From contig OZ220696.1 of assembly GCA_965116495.1 (NCBI GenBank), positions 704,001 through 768,000 on the forward strand: a stretch of DNA of 64,000 bases. Reading direction: 5' to 3'. The notes below the pieces were generated by a model. That model saw nothing but the letters and a program-made list of their open reading frames with translations, was not told the DNA's origin and made no database searches. The translations under genes were made by a program, and so were the position numbers. The DNA is from Gammaproteobacteria bacterium. GTDB lineage: Bacteria; Pseudomonadota; Gammaproteobacteria; Eutrophobiales; Eutrophobiaceae. Shown here one piece after another: positions 9,564-17,919 of the stretch (positions are counted from its first letter, which is position 1; each line of letters opens with the position of its first letter).

Positions 9564-10940
9564 ATGAATGAGACAGTCAGAAGCACCGGAGAATGGCAAC
9601 AGGCAGACGTCGATAATTACCTTCACCCGTTTACTGATTACAAGGCGTTGCGGCATGAAAAGGCGAATGTGATCACGCGCGGCAAGGGTTGTTATGTATG
9701 GGACAACGACAACAACCGGTTGCTGGATGGGCTGGCGGGCCTTGCCTGTGTCAATATCGGATACGGCCGGGCTGAACTCGGACAGGCTGCTGCTGCGCAG
9801 ATAGATGAATTAAGTTACTTCAACAGCTTCTTCAAGGCAACCAACAGACCGGCCATAGCGCTGGCCGAAAAACTGGTTGAACTGACGCCGCAAGGGTTGA
9901 ACCATGTCTTTTATGCCAATTCAGGTTCTGAGGCAAACGATACCGCCCTGCGCATGGTTAGGCACTACTGGGCACTGGAGGGGCAGCCGGAAAAACACGT
10001 TATTATCAGCCGGGAAATGTCGTATCACGGCAGTACCGTGGCGGCAGGTGCGCTATCCGGCATGCCGCCGATGCATGAACAGGGCGCAGTCGTTGCAGGC
10101 ATTCGGCATATTAAGTGCCCTTACCGGTTCCAGTATGGCCGGGATATGAGTGAAGAACAATTCGGGCTGATCGCCGCCGGCTGGCTGGAAGATGCGATAC
10201 TGGAAGAGGGTCCAGACAAGGTCGCAGCCTTTTTTGCCGAACCCGTACAGGGGGCGGGGGGCGGCAAAATTCCGCCTCGGAATTATTTCACGGAAATTCA
10301 AAAAATCTGTAAAAAACATGATGTGCTGCTGGTCATCGATGAAGTGATCACCGGGTTTAGCCGGACCGGGCGATGGTTCGCCAGCGATCTCTTTGAGATT
10401 GACCAGGTAGACCTGTTGTGTCTGGCCAAGGGTATTACTTCAGGCTACCTGCCGCTTTCTGCGGTCATGGTCAACGATCGTATAGCCGATACCCTGATCG
10501 ATAAGGGAGGTGAATTTTTTCATGGGTTTACCTATTCGGGTCATCCGGTGAGTTGTGCCGTTGCACTCGAAAATATCCGCATCCTCGCAGAAGAAGGCAT
10601 CGTCCTCCAGGTAGAAGAACATACCGGACCATACCTGGCAGAGAAACTGAAACTGTTGTCCCACTCTCCGGTGGTTGGGGAGGTGCGCAGTTGCGGTATG
10701 ATTGCCGCGGTTGAACTGGTCAGGAATAATGAAACGATGGAGCCAGTAGCAGACGATATGGAGGATATCGATCGCATCTGCGAAGGGTTTCGCGATCTGT
10801 GTCTTGAGCGGGGAATTATCGTGCGCCCAATCGGCTCGACGATCATGCTGTGCCCACCGTTGATCATCAGCCGGCAGGAAATCAATTTTCTGGTGGAGAA
10901 ATTTCAATTGGCGCTTGGTGAGTTCGAACGGATTATATGA
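9564..10940 (+). CDS. Class III PLP aminotransferase (putrescine-pyruvate/SpuC-like)
   Basis: HPFTD, NSGSEAND, SYHGST, DEVITGF, AKGITSGY and HGFTYSGHP. Confidence 0.9.
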   Translation: MNETVRSTGEWQQADVDNYLHPFTDYKALRHEKANVITRGKGCYVWDNDNNRLLDGLAGLACVNIGYGRAELGQAAAAQIDELSYFNSFFKATNRPAIALAEKLVELTPQGLNHVFYANSGSEANDTALRMVRHYWALEGQPEKHVIISREMSYHGSTVAAGALSGMPPMHEQGAVVAGIRHIKCPYRFQYGRDMSEEQFGLIAAGWLEDAILEEGPDKVAAFFAEPVQGAGGGKIPPRNYFTEIQKICKKHDVLLVIDEVITGFSRTGRWFASDLFEIDQVDLLCLAKGITSGYLPLSAVMVNDRIADTLIDKGGEFFHGFTYSGHPVSCAVALENIRILAEEGIVLQVEEHTGPYLAEKLKLLSHSPVVGEVRSCGMIAAVELVRNNETMEPVADDMEDIDRICEGFRDLCLERGIIVRPIGSTIMLCPPLIISRQEINFLVEKFQLALGEFERII

Positions 10941-11036
10941 ATTGACGCATGGCATAAGCCGTTCCCGTAACGACAACAATGCTGTTTCATGGTTAAATAA
11001 TGTCCTTCGGCAACAGTAGATCTCGGGGTTAACTCT

Positions 11037-11303
11037 ATGGCCGGTGGTTTTACTAAAGACGGGGCAGTCCAGGACCAGATAGATGCCACAATCGAGGACG
11101 CGATAGCAAGCGCCCGGAGCCGCCTGCCGCATGGGCCAAGTCTCAGGGAATGTGAGGAATGCGGGAGCATGATACCCGAGGCGCGCCGGATCAGCGTTCC
11201 GGGTGTCCGCCTGTGTGTTGTCTGCCAGTCCGAGCAGGACCAGGCACAGGCGCAGTTCAGTGGTTACAACCGCCGCGGCAGCAAGGGCAGTCAACTGAGG
11301 TAA
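11037..11303 (+). CDS. DksA/TraR C4-type zinc finger protein (YbiI-like)
   Basis: CEECG..IPEARR...CVVCQ and the C-terminal NRRGSKGSQLR. Confidence 0.85.
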   Translation: MAGGFTKDGAVQDQIDATIEDAIASARSRLPHGPSLRECEECGSMIPEARRISVPGVRLCVVCQSEQDQAQAQFSGYNRRGSKGSQLR

Positions 11304-11487
11304 GTATTTCTATTGTCCGGCCGTCCAGGGCTGATGCTGACCTGCTCGCAGCCTATCGGAGCAAGATAGAAAAAGAACTGGCCCGGAATTGTGATTTCCA
11401 GCGCAGGGTCAGGTGCGCAATGAAAGGCGTCATCGAAAATCTTGACCGGCAACTCGCAACAATCGCCGAGCCATGCGAGCTGGAATA

Positions 11488-12813
11488 TTAACCAAGCAAT
11501 GCCTGTACGAAATCAGGCAGTTTGATCACGGATACGGTCAGCGACAGTATGAGCGCTGCCAGCAGAATAATATTTCTCGGCATACTGCTGGTATGCACTC
11601 CCATGATGGATGTCCTGTTTACCATAATCAGCACTGCCAGGTAAACCAGCGGCACTACTATTGCATTGATGCCCATCAGCAGCAGTAGTTTGAACAGGGC
11701 AGGGAAGGTCCATAGAGGCGCCAGCAGTGCGGGCAGGATGATACAGGCCATGACCGTCCTCCTGAAGTGCCTGTTTTCCCTGGTATGGTGCCAGGGATAA
11801 CCGAACATATCGAGAATGAAATAACTGATCACTTCAACAGTCACAATGAAAGTGGTCATGCCCGCAATAATCATCCCGGCTGAAAAAATAACAGGCCCAA
11901 CAAATTCCAGACCCTGTGGAAACGCCCGCAACAATATCCGGCTTGCCTCATGGACAGAGTCGATCTCCGCGTGGTTGGCCAGCGGGTACAGGGCGAACCC
12001 GCCGGCTATGATGATGCACAGGGAACAGGCGCAGTAAAAGAAGCCTAGGTTGATGACAGAGTTGCGGAATTCATGCTTGAGGTCAACTGCGCCCTCCTGC
12101 CGGTTGTCCGCGCTCATGTACGGCATACCCAGCATCGCGGCCGGCGCCAGGACGCTGCCGACAATGCCCATTATGGCGATGCCGCTGCTGCGGACCATGT
12201 CTTGACCGGGAACCGGCACGTCCTCAGGTACGCCAGGCGCCATTCCGGCCAGAATAGCGGACAGTTCCGTGAAGCCGCGCAACGCGACAACCAGAAAACA
12301 GATGAACATCAACACCATTAATGCAGTCATGTAACGCTGCATGCGCTGGTAACCTCCCGAGGTCAGCAGCCAGACTATGCCGGCCGCGAATCCCAGGGAC
12401 ACAACCAGTTCCATAGCCTGGTAGTTGCTAGCGGCAAAATCCGCTGCTGCGTCGGGCGGGTAAATTTCGAACAGGGACAGCGCCGCAGAGGTCATGACCG
12501 ACATCTGTCCCATGCCGATGAGCAGGTGCACGGGGATATTAATCGCCAGCAGCAGCCAGCCCACACCGGGATGGAGATGTTCGCAGATCAGGGAAAACAT
12601 CCCCTTGTCTTTGTTGAGCAAGCCGATACGCGCTGCGCTGTCGACCGTGATCACCAGCAGGGGCACGGTCAGCAGGACCACCCAGAGCAGCTCATAACCG
12701 AACCAGGCGCCGCTGAGTATCAGTGACGAAGCTGAACCTGCCCCGATAGACGCAGCCGCCATCACCGCGGCAGGGCCGGCAATCCTTTTGAAATTATCCG
12801 TGAGTTTCCGCAT
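11488..12813 (-). CDS. NRAMP/YcsG-like transporter
   Basis: GPAAVMAAASIGAGS and GAWFGYELLW motifs; about 11 hydrophobic segments. Confidence 0.75.
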   Translation of the reverse strand: MRKLTDNFKRIAGPAAVMAAASIGAGSASSLILSGAWFGYELLWVVLLTVPLLVITVDSAARIGLLNKDKGMFSLICEHLHPGVGWLLLAINIPVHLLIGMGQMSVMTSAALSLFEIYPPDAAADFAASNYQAMELVVSLGFAAGIVWLLTSGGYQRMQRYMTALMVLMFICFLVVALRGFTELSAILAGMAPGVPEDVPVPGQDMVRSSGIAIMGIVGSVLAPAAMLGMPYMSADNRQEGAVDLKHEFRNSVINLGFFYCACSLCIIIAGGFALYPLANHAEIDSVHEASRILLRAFPQGLEFVGPVIFSAGMIIAGMTTFIVTVEVISYFILDMFGYPWHHTRENRHFRRTVMACIILPALLAPLWTFPALFKLLLLMGINAIVVPLVYLAVLIMVNRTSIMGVHTSSMPRNIILLAALILSLTVSVIKLPDFVQALLG

Positions 12814-12937
12814 AGCGCTTCATATTTGAATGATCTAAACCGGCATTATGCCACGAAAGCACGCACGCTACCGGGTTTGCCCGTGCCTGTGATTTTATTA
12901 ATCAGTAAGGGAGTGTCGGGAGAAAAACCGGCACGTG

Positions 12938-13095
12938 GAGTAATGCGAGTAATGGGGTCATGCGAGTAATGGGGTCAGGTCGCACAATGCACACGAGTAA
13001 TGGGGTCAGGTCGCACAATGCACACGCAAACAGAGATAGGCATAAAGTTCAACAATACCTCTGCGTGTGCATTGTGCGACCTGACCCCATTACTC
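12938..13095. repeat. REPIN-like 34-bp perfect inverted repeat with staggered partial copies
   Basis: GAGTAATGGGGTCAGGTCGCACAATGCACACGCA at 12995-13028 and its reverse complement at 13062-13095. Prefixes of 8, 14 and 31 bp of the left arm precede it. Confidence 0.85.
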
Positions 13096-13191
13096 CTGGT
13101 GTATAGAGTCTGTTATCCCTTGATCTTTCGACTCCTGCATGCTAAAGATTGCATTCAGGTATGAATGCCAGGTAAACATGAAGGTGATACC

Positions 13192-14145
13192 ATGAATGAT
13201 TGGAAGGGAATGTATGTCGTATTGCTGGGGGCGGGATCGGCTGTCCCGGATCCGGTGCGCGGTAATCCGTCCCAAGCGGTGGTAATTGATGGTGAAGTGA
13301 TGGTTATCGACTGTGGCGAACGCGCCACGGTCAACCTGGTTCGCGCAGGCATCAACCCGCTCGACGTCGGTTATTTGTTCATTACCCATATGCACTGGGA
13401 CCATATCGTTGATTTCAACTACTTGTTATTCAGTACCTGGAACTGCGGTAAATCCATCCCCATCAAAATCTTCGGACCGACCGGGACGAAACGCATGTGC
13501 GACGGGATGCTGGAGGCACACCATATCGACGTGGAGTTCGTGAAACGTTACATAGAACAATTGCCCGACCACATCACCAACCGCCCGCAGCCGGAACCGC
13601 CGATTGAAGTGGAGGAGATCCACGAGGGGGTTATCGTCGAGACGGACAAGTTCAAAGTAACCTCACGGGAGATCGTCCACCTGCAGCCGTTGGGATTCGA
13701 ACGTTCTTCCTACGCTTTCAGGATCGACAGCGATTACGGCTCCGCGGTGTTCAGCGGCGATACTGAGCCTTGCGATGCCATGGTCGAATTGTCCAGCGAT
13801 GTCGATGTGCTCGTTCATGAGTGTACTTTTCTGGAGGATATCCTGGACTATCGGCAGAACGTGGAAGGGCAAAAAGGCGCGGAAAAAGTTGCATGGACAG
13901 GGCATACCGGCCCCCGCGGCGCAGGATGGATCGCGCATCGAGCTAACGCAAAAAAGCTGGTTCTGACCCACCTGGGACCGTACGATAGCCCGCCGGCGGC
14001 CATCGAAATGGCATCAATGTACTACGGTGAGCGCCGGGGACCGGAAATCTGGTCTCAGATTATGGGTGAAGCCAAAGAAACATTTGCAGGGCCTGTCATC
14101 ATCGGGGAAGACGCGATGGTCATCCCCGTTAATGACGGCGGTTAA
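13192..14145 (+). CDS. MBL-fold metallo-hydrolase (RNase Z/AtsA-like)
   Basis: IDCG, THMHWDH, FSGDT, HECTF, GHT and LTH motifs. Confidence 0.85.
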   Translation: MNDWKGMYVVLLGAGSAVPDPVRGNPSQAVVIDGEVMVIDCGERATVNLVRAGINPLDVGYLFITHMHWDHIVDFNYLLFSTWNCGKSIPIKIFGPTGTKRMCDGMLEAHHIDVEFVKRYIEQLPDHITNRPQPEPPIEVEEIHEGVIVETDKFKVTSREIVHLQPLGFERSSYAFRIDSDYGSAVFSGDTEPCDAMVELSSDVDVLVHECTFLEDILDYRQNVEGQKGAEKVAWTGHTGPRGAGWIAHRANAKKLVLTHLGPYDSPPAAIEMASMYYGERRGPEIWSQIMGEAKETFAGPVIIGEDAMVIPVNDGG

Positions 14146-14195
14146 TCCAGGCCTGAGGCATGCAAGTAAGCAAACCCCAATCGGTACGATAACAC

Positions 14196-16556
14196 TCAGA
14201 ACGTATATTTCAGCCTGACATACCATTCCAGGGGCCGGGATGGCGCTGCTGCCGTGACGCCGGTGCCGGGGTAGTCCAGGCCGCTGACAATATAGATTTC
14301 ATCGAGCAGGTTGGTGCCGCCCACTGTGGCCAGCCAGTGGCGGTCCACACTCTCCCAGGTCAAGCTCATGTTGAGCATGTCGTAGGATTCCTGGTTCAGA
14401 CGTTCTACGTTTCTGGGCGTCTTGTATTGCTGGCCTTTGTGGGACCAGTCGACACGCAGGTAGGCATGACCCTGTTCATTATCCATGAGGTCGGCGGATG
14501 CGCCCAGGTTGAAATTCCATTCAGGTGCGTTCGCCAATTCATCATCTTCAGTGATACCGGTCTCATTCGGCAGCACATTTAGGTACTTGTGGTCCAGCCA
14601 CCCCAGGCTGCCGTTCAGGCGCAGCCAATCGGTGACGATCAGCAGTGATTCAACCTCAATACCCCATAAACGCGCATCGCCGGCGTTCTCTATGACAGGT
14701 ACGCCGAGATCACCGGCCGAACCCAGTATCTGCAAGTCGTCGTAATTGGTGATGAACCCGGCCAGGTTCATACGCATGCGCCGGTTAAATAACTCGCTTT
14801 TTACACCGATTTCAAACATTTCCACTTCCTCGGGGCCGAACGTCGGAATTAGTTCGTTCGGTTCCGTGATATCCGTGGTCACGCCGGGGATCACCGGTGG
14901 AAATGCCCGCATGGTGAACCCGCCGGCCTTGAAACCATGCGAATAGGTAAAATAACCCATGAAATCATCGTTAAAATCGTAGCTCAGGGTTACCGCCGGC
15001 GTGAAGTTGTCCTCGGTGCCCTGTGCCCAGACCCGGGGCAGGATAGGCGTGCCGGGTGCAAGCAGCCGGAACGGCGGATCGGTCGGCAATGTCAGCCCGG
15101 CATCCAGTATCCCGCCTGAGGTCAGGTACAGTTCATCTACCGTCTGCTCCGGCCGGAAACGGATTTTATCGTGGGTATAGCGCGCGCCGAAGGTCAGGGT
15201 CATCTGGTCCGTGATGTCAAACGTACCCTGGGCAAAAGCCGCAGTGCTGGTGTTGTCGATGGAGCCGCCGCTGGTTATCCTGAGTGGTGGAAAACGCACG
15301 CCGAAATCCTGGCTGCCAGTCTCGTTCATCCAGAAAAAGCCCACCACATAATTCAGACGGTCATTGAAGGTGGTGCCGCTCAGGTGCAGTTCCTGGGTCA
15401 CGGTCTCCATCTCGATATCCTGGTCCACCCAGTCAATATAGAGGGAGGGATTTGCAACCAGGTCCTGGCCGATGTCCACCTGTGAATCACGGAAGGCGGT
15501 AATGGACCTGATACTGAAAGGGCCGATATCCCAGTCCAGGGTCAGGTTAAGGCCAAGGATACTTACGTCCGACTGGTTTGGGCCGCGAGAGTAGTTCTCC
15601 AGGTCATCCAGTTCGGTTTCCCATTGCGAGTTCCAGCAGTCGGGATTGCTGAAACGCGCAGGGTCTCCCAATGCGGGGTTACACGCAGGGAAATCGAACG
15701 TGTTATAAAAGAAGTTGAAAAAAGCGGCTTCATTAATCTCACTGGCCCACAGCACGACCCGCCCGGCAGCCTCTTCGTTGGTTTCGGTGATATCGATAGT
15801 GGCAGTGGCCAGAAAGTTTTCTGCCACGTCTACTTCCGCAACCAGGCGGCCGAACAAAGCCTGCTTGCTTCCTTGCCGATCACCATCAACCAGCCGTTTG
15901 ACATGACCGTCCCGGTTCTGGCTGGCAGCAGTCAGGCGCAAGCGCACACGATCGCTGACGGGGCCGCTCAAGGAGATCTTGCCGTCTATACGCTCATAGT
16001 TGCCGCCGGTCACTTCAGCGTAGCCCTCAAACTCTTCACTGGGTCGCTTTGATATGATCGACACGGCGCCGCCGATGGTATTTCTACCGAACAGGGTACC
16101 CTGCGGCCCGCGCATTACCTCAACCCGCTCCAGGTCGATATTATCCATGAGTGAACCCATGGATTTGCTGACATAAACCCCGTCCAGGTACGTGGCTACA
16201 CCCGGCTCAACCGTCAATACATAATCGGTCTGGCCTATGCCGCGGATGAAGATCTGGCTGGAATTACCGCCGCCGGCTTCCGATGCCACGTTATCGTACT
16301 GGACATTCGGTATGTATTGGGATATCTCATTTACCGATACGATATTGCGCTGTTCCAGTTCCGCCGTATTGAATGCGCTGACTGCCAGCGGGGTGTCCTG
16401 CAAACTCTCTTCGCGTTTCCTTGCGGTGACAACAATTTCCTCCAGAAAAGCGGATGAACCGCTGTCGGCCTGGGCTACCACAGGCGCTGAAGAGCATAAC
16501 AAGCTGACACCGGCTACGGCAAAAGCCACGCGTGTGAACAATTTAATTGACCACAT
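14196..16556 (-). CDS. TonB-dependent receptor
   Basis: Signal peptide, TonB box LEEIVVTARKREE, plug RVEVMRGPQGTLFGRN, and terminal Phe (LKYTF). Confidence 0.92.
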   Translation of the reverse strand: MWSIKLFTRVAFAVAGVSLLCSSAPVVAQADSGSSAFLEEIVVTARKREESLQDTPLAVSAFNTAELEQRNIVSVNEISQYIPNVQYDNVASEAGGGNSSQIFIRGIGQTDYVLTVEPGVATYLDGVYVSKSMGSLMDNIDLERVEVMRGPQGTLFGRNTIGGAVSIISKRPSEEFEGYAEVTGGNYERIDGKISLSGPVSDRVRLRLTAASQNRDGHVKRLVDGDRQGSKQALFGRLVAEVDVAENFLATATIDITETNEEAAGRVVLWASEINEAAFFNFFYNTFDFPACNPALGDPARFSNPDCWNSQWETELDDLENYSRGPNQSDVSILGLNLTLDWDIGPFSIRSITAFRDSQVDIGQDLVANPSLYIDWVDQDIEMETVTQELHLSGTTFNDRLNYVVGFFWMNETGSQDFGVRFPPLRITSGGSIDNTSTAAFAQGTFDITDQMTLTFGARYTHDKIRFRPEQTVDELYLTSGGILDAGLTLPTDPPFRLLAPGTPILPRVWAQGTEDNFTPAVTLSYDFNDDFMGYFTYSHGFKAGGFTMRAFPPVIPGVTTDITEPNELIPTFGPEEVEMFEIGVKSELFNRRMRMNLAGFITNYDDLQILGSAGDLGVPVIENAGDARLWGIEVESLLIVTDWLRLNGSLGWLDHKYLNVLPNETGITEDDELANAPEWNFNLGASADLMDNEQGHAYLRVDWSHKGQQYKTPRNVERLNQESYDMLNMSLTWESVDRHWLATVGGTNLLDEIYIVSGLDYPGTGVTAAAPSRPLEWYVRLKYTF

Positions 16557-16675
16557 AATGAAAGATCCCCCCGATCAGATTCAATATGATTATTTTATAC
16601 AGTTAACATTCTGTCTGCTCAAGCATCCATCTGCTATCCCTTTTGTGCAGGGTTCAGCCTGATTACGCATGGCCG

Positions 16676-16889
16676 CTATTCATAGGTAAAACTATCTCTT
16701 TCGTATATTTTCCCGTTCTGGATGACCAGATCAATATTTCGTATATTGCCTATGTCATCAAGTGGGTTGTTTCCCAGTACCAGCACGGATTATTGTTCCT
16801 GCTTCACCATTACCCGCGTAGCATGATAGATGCAGGATATTCAGTAACAGCAAAATAACGGCTGCTGATTTCCAATGCCGGTCGATCAT
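16676..16889 (-). pseudogene. Internally deleted secreted amidohydrolase remnant
   Basis: The N-terminus MIDRHWKSAAVILLLLNILHLSCYAGNGEAGTIIRAG is joined out of frame at ~16780 to the amidohydrolase C-terminus VLVLGNNPLDDIGNIRNIDLVIQNGKIYERDSFTYE*. Confidence 0.65.
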
Positions 16890-17649
16890 CTTGTCAATAC
16901 CGGTTCCAGCGGCAGTTTTCCGCTGTCGACTACCTGTCCATCCTTCATAACCATCAAAATACTCCTGGTATTCTCAATATCGGATAACGGGTTTCTCTCG
17001 AGTACGACAAGAATTGCCCGGAGCTCAACAGGGACAGTTGCGGTCCCGTATTTTCCTCGAACATGGCGTTGATGCGATTAACGAATCGTCTTGGGGCGAC
17101 CCAACTTCCCCGGGTGTTGAAATCCCTGCCGAACGGACCGCTCAACCCGACAATATTGCCGGCAACAAACAGGCGGCTGCCCGGAATCTCGTTCCTTTCG
17201 ATGCGCTCGCGGACATTCATAAGCGGTTGCAGCGGCCCCCATGTATCGAACACGGTCGTCAGTCCGTATTTCAAGGCAATCTGTGCAGCTTCTGCTATCA
17301 GCAGTTCCAGCCTGTCCTCGTACCTGGCTATGAATTCAATCGAAACATCCCGGAATAAATGTATATTCGCATCCATCATCCCGGGGATAATATATTTTCC
17401 TGATACATCAATGATGTCTGCTCCATCAGGTATTTTTATGTCGTTTCCGGAGCCGACCCGGGCAAATTCATTTCCCTCTATTACGATGACGGAATCATCC
17501 AGGGGTGGCGCGCCGGTTCCATCAATTAACGTCGCCCCGCGCAGGACGACAGTTTCACTGGCATTCACCGTGCCTGACAGCAGCAGGAGAAATACGCAAA
17601 TAATGATGGAACAGGACGCAGCAGGGTTTTTAGTGGTGTGGATTTTCAT
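16886..17649 (-). pseudogene. Internally deleted secreted amidohydrolase (imidazolonepropionase-like fold)
   Basis: About 210 aa of N-terminus (signal peptide, VVLRGATLIDGTG, IIPGMMDANIH, GLTTVFD) is joined out of frame at ~17012 to LVVLERNPLSDIENTRSILMVMKDGQVVD...LTR*. Confidence 0.75.
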
Positions 17650-17695
17650 CGGAGATTCTCCAGAAGGAACTTGGGCATCGGACCGGGTCAGGTTT

Positions 17696-17898
17696 TCAGC
17701 GGAGCAGAGAAATAACAGTATCGGCAAAGGTTTGCATGATTTTTTGCTGGCGTTCCCTGGTCATACCGGGCCAGTACAGGCGTGCAATATAATAAAACTA
17801 GCTGCCGGCCACCCGCGCAAATCGTCGTATTTTCTCTGCGACGGCTTCAGGACTGCCGATAATCCCGTTGTCACTATGAGGCCATAACCTACCTTCAC
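17696..17898 (-). pseudogene. Internally deleted LLM-class flavin-dependent oxidoreductase remnant
   Basis: A GTG start MKVGYGLI is joined out of frame to NGIIGSPEAVAEKIRRF...S*FYYIARLYWPGM...MQTFADTVISLLR*, an LLM-like C-terminus with an internal TAG at 17798-17800. Confidence 0.6.
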
Positions 17899-17919
17899 CA
17901 GATGTCCCGCGCACGCTGA

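Noticed and set aside
11159-11491. 110-aa ORF downstream of the TraR-like gene
   Set aside because: It overlaps the zinc-finger gene and has no recognisable motif; at most an unidentifiable remnant.
12938-13095. Possible CRISPR array (~34-bp repeat with a 33-bp spacer)
   Set aside because: The copies are truncated and abut without spacers, the last copy is inverted, and there are no cas genes in the window.
262-17800. Amber recoding or readthrough (in-frame TAG at 262 and 17798)
   Set aside because: Both TAGs lie in genes already broken by deletions. Intact genes such as purA end in TAG, and no pyrrolysine or suppressor machinery is visible.
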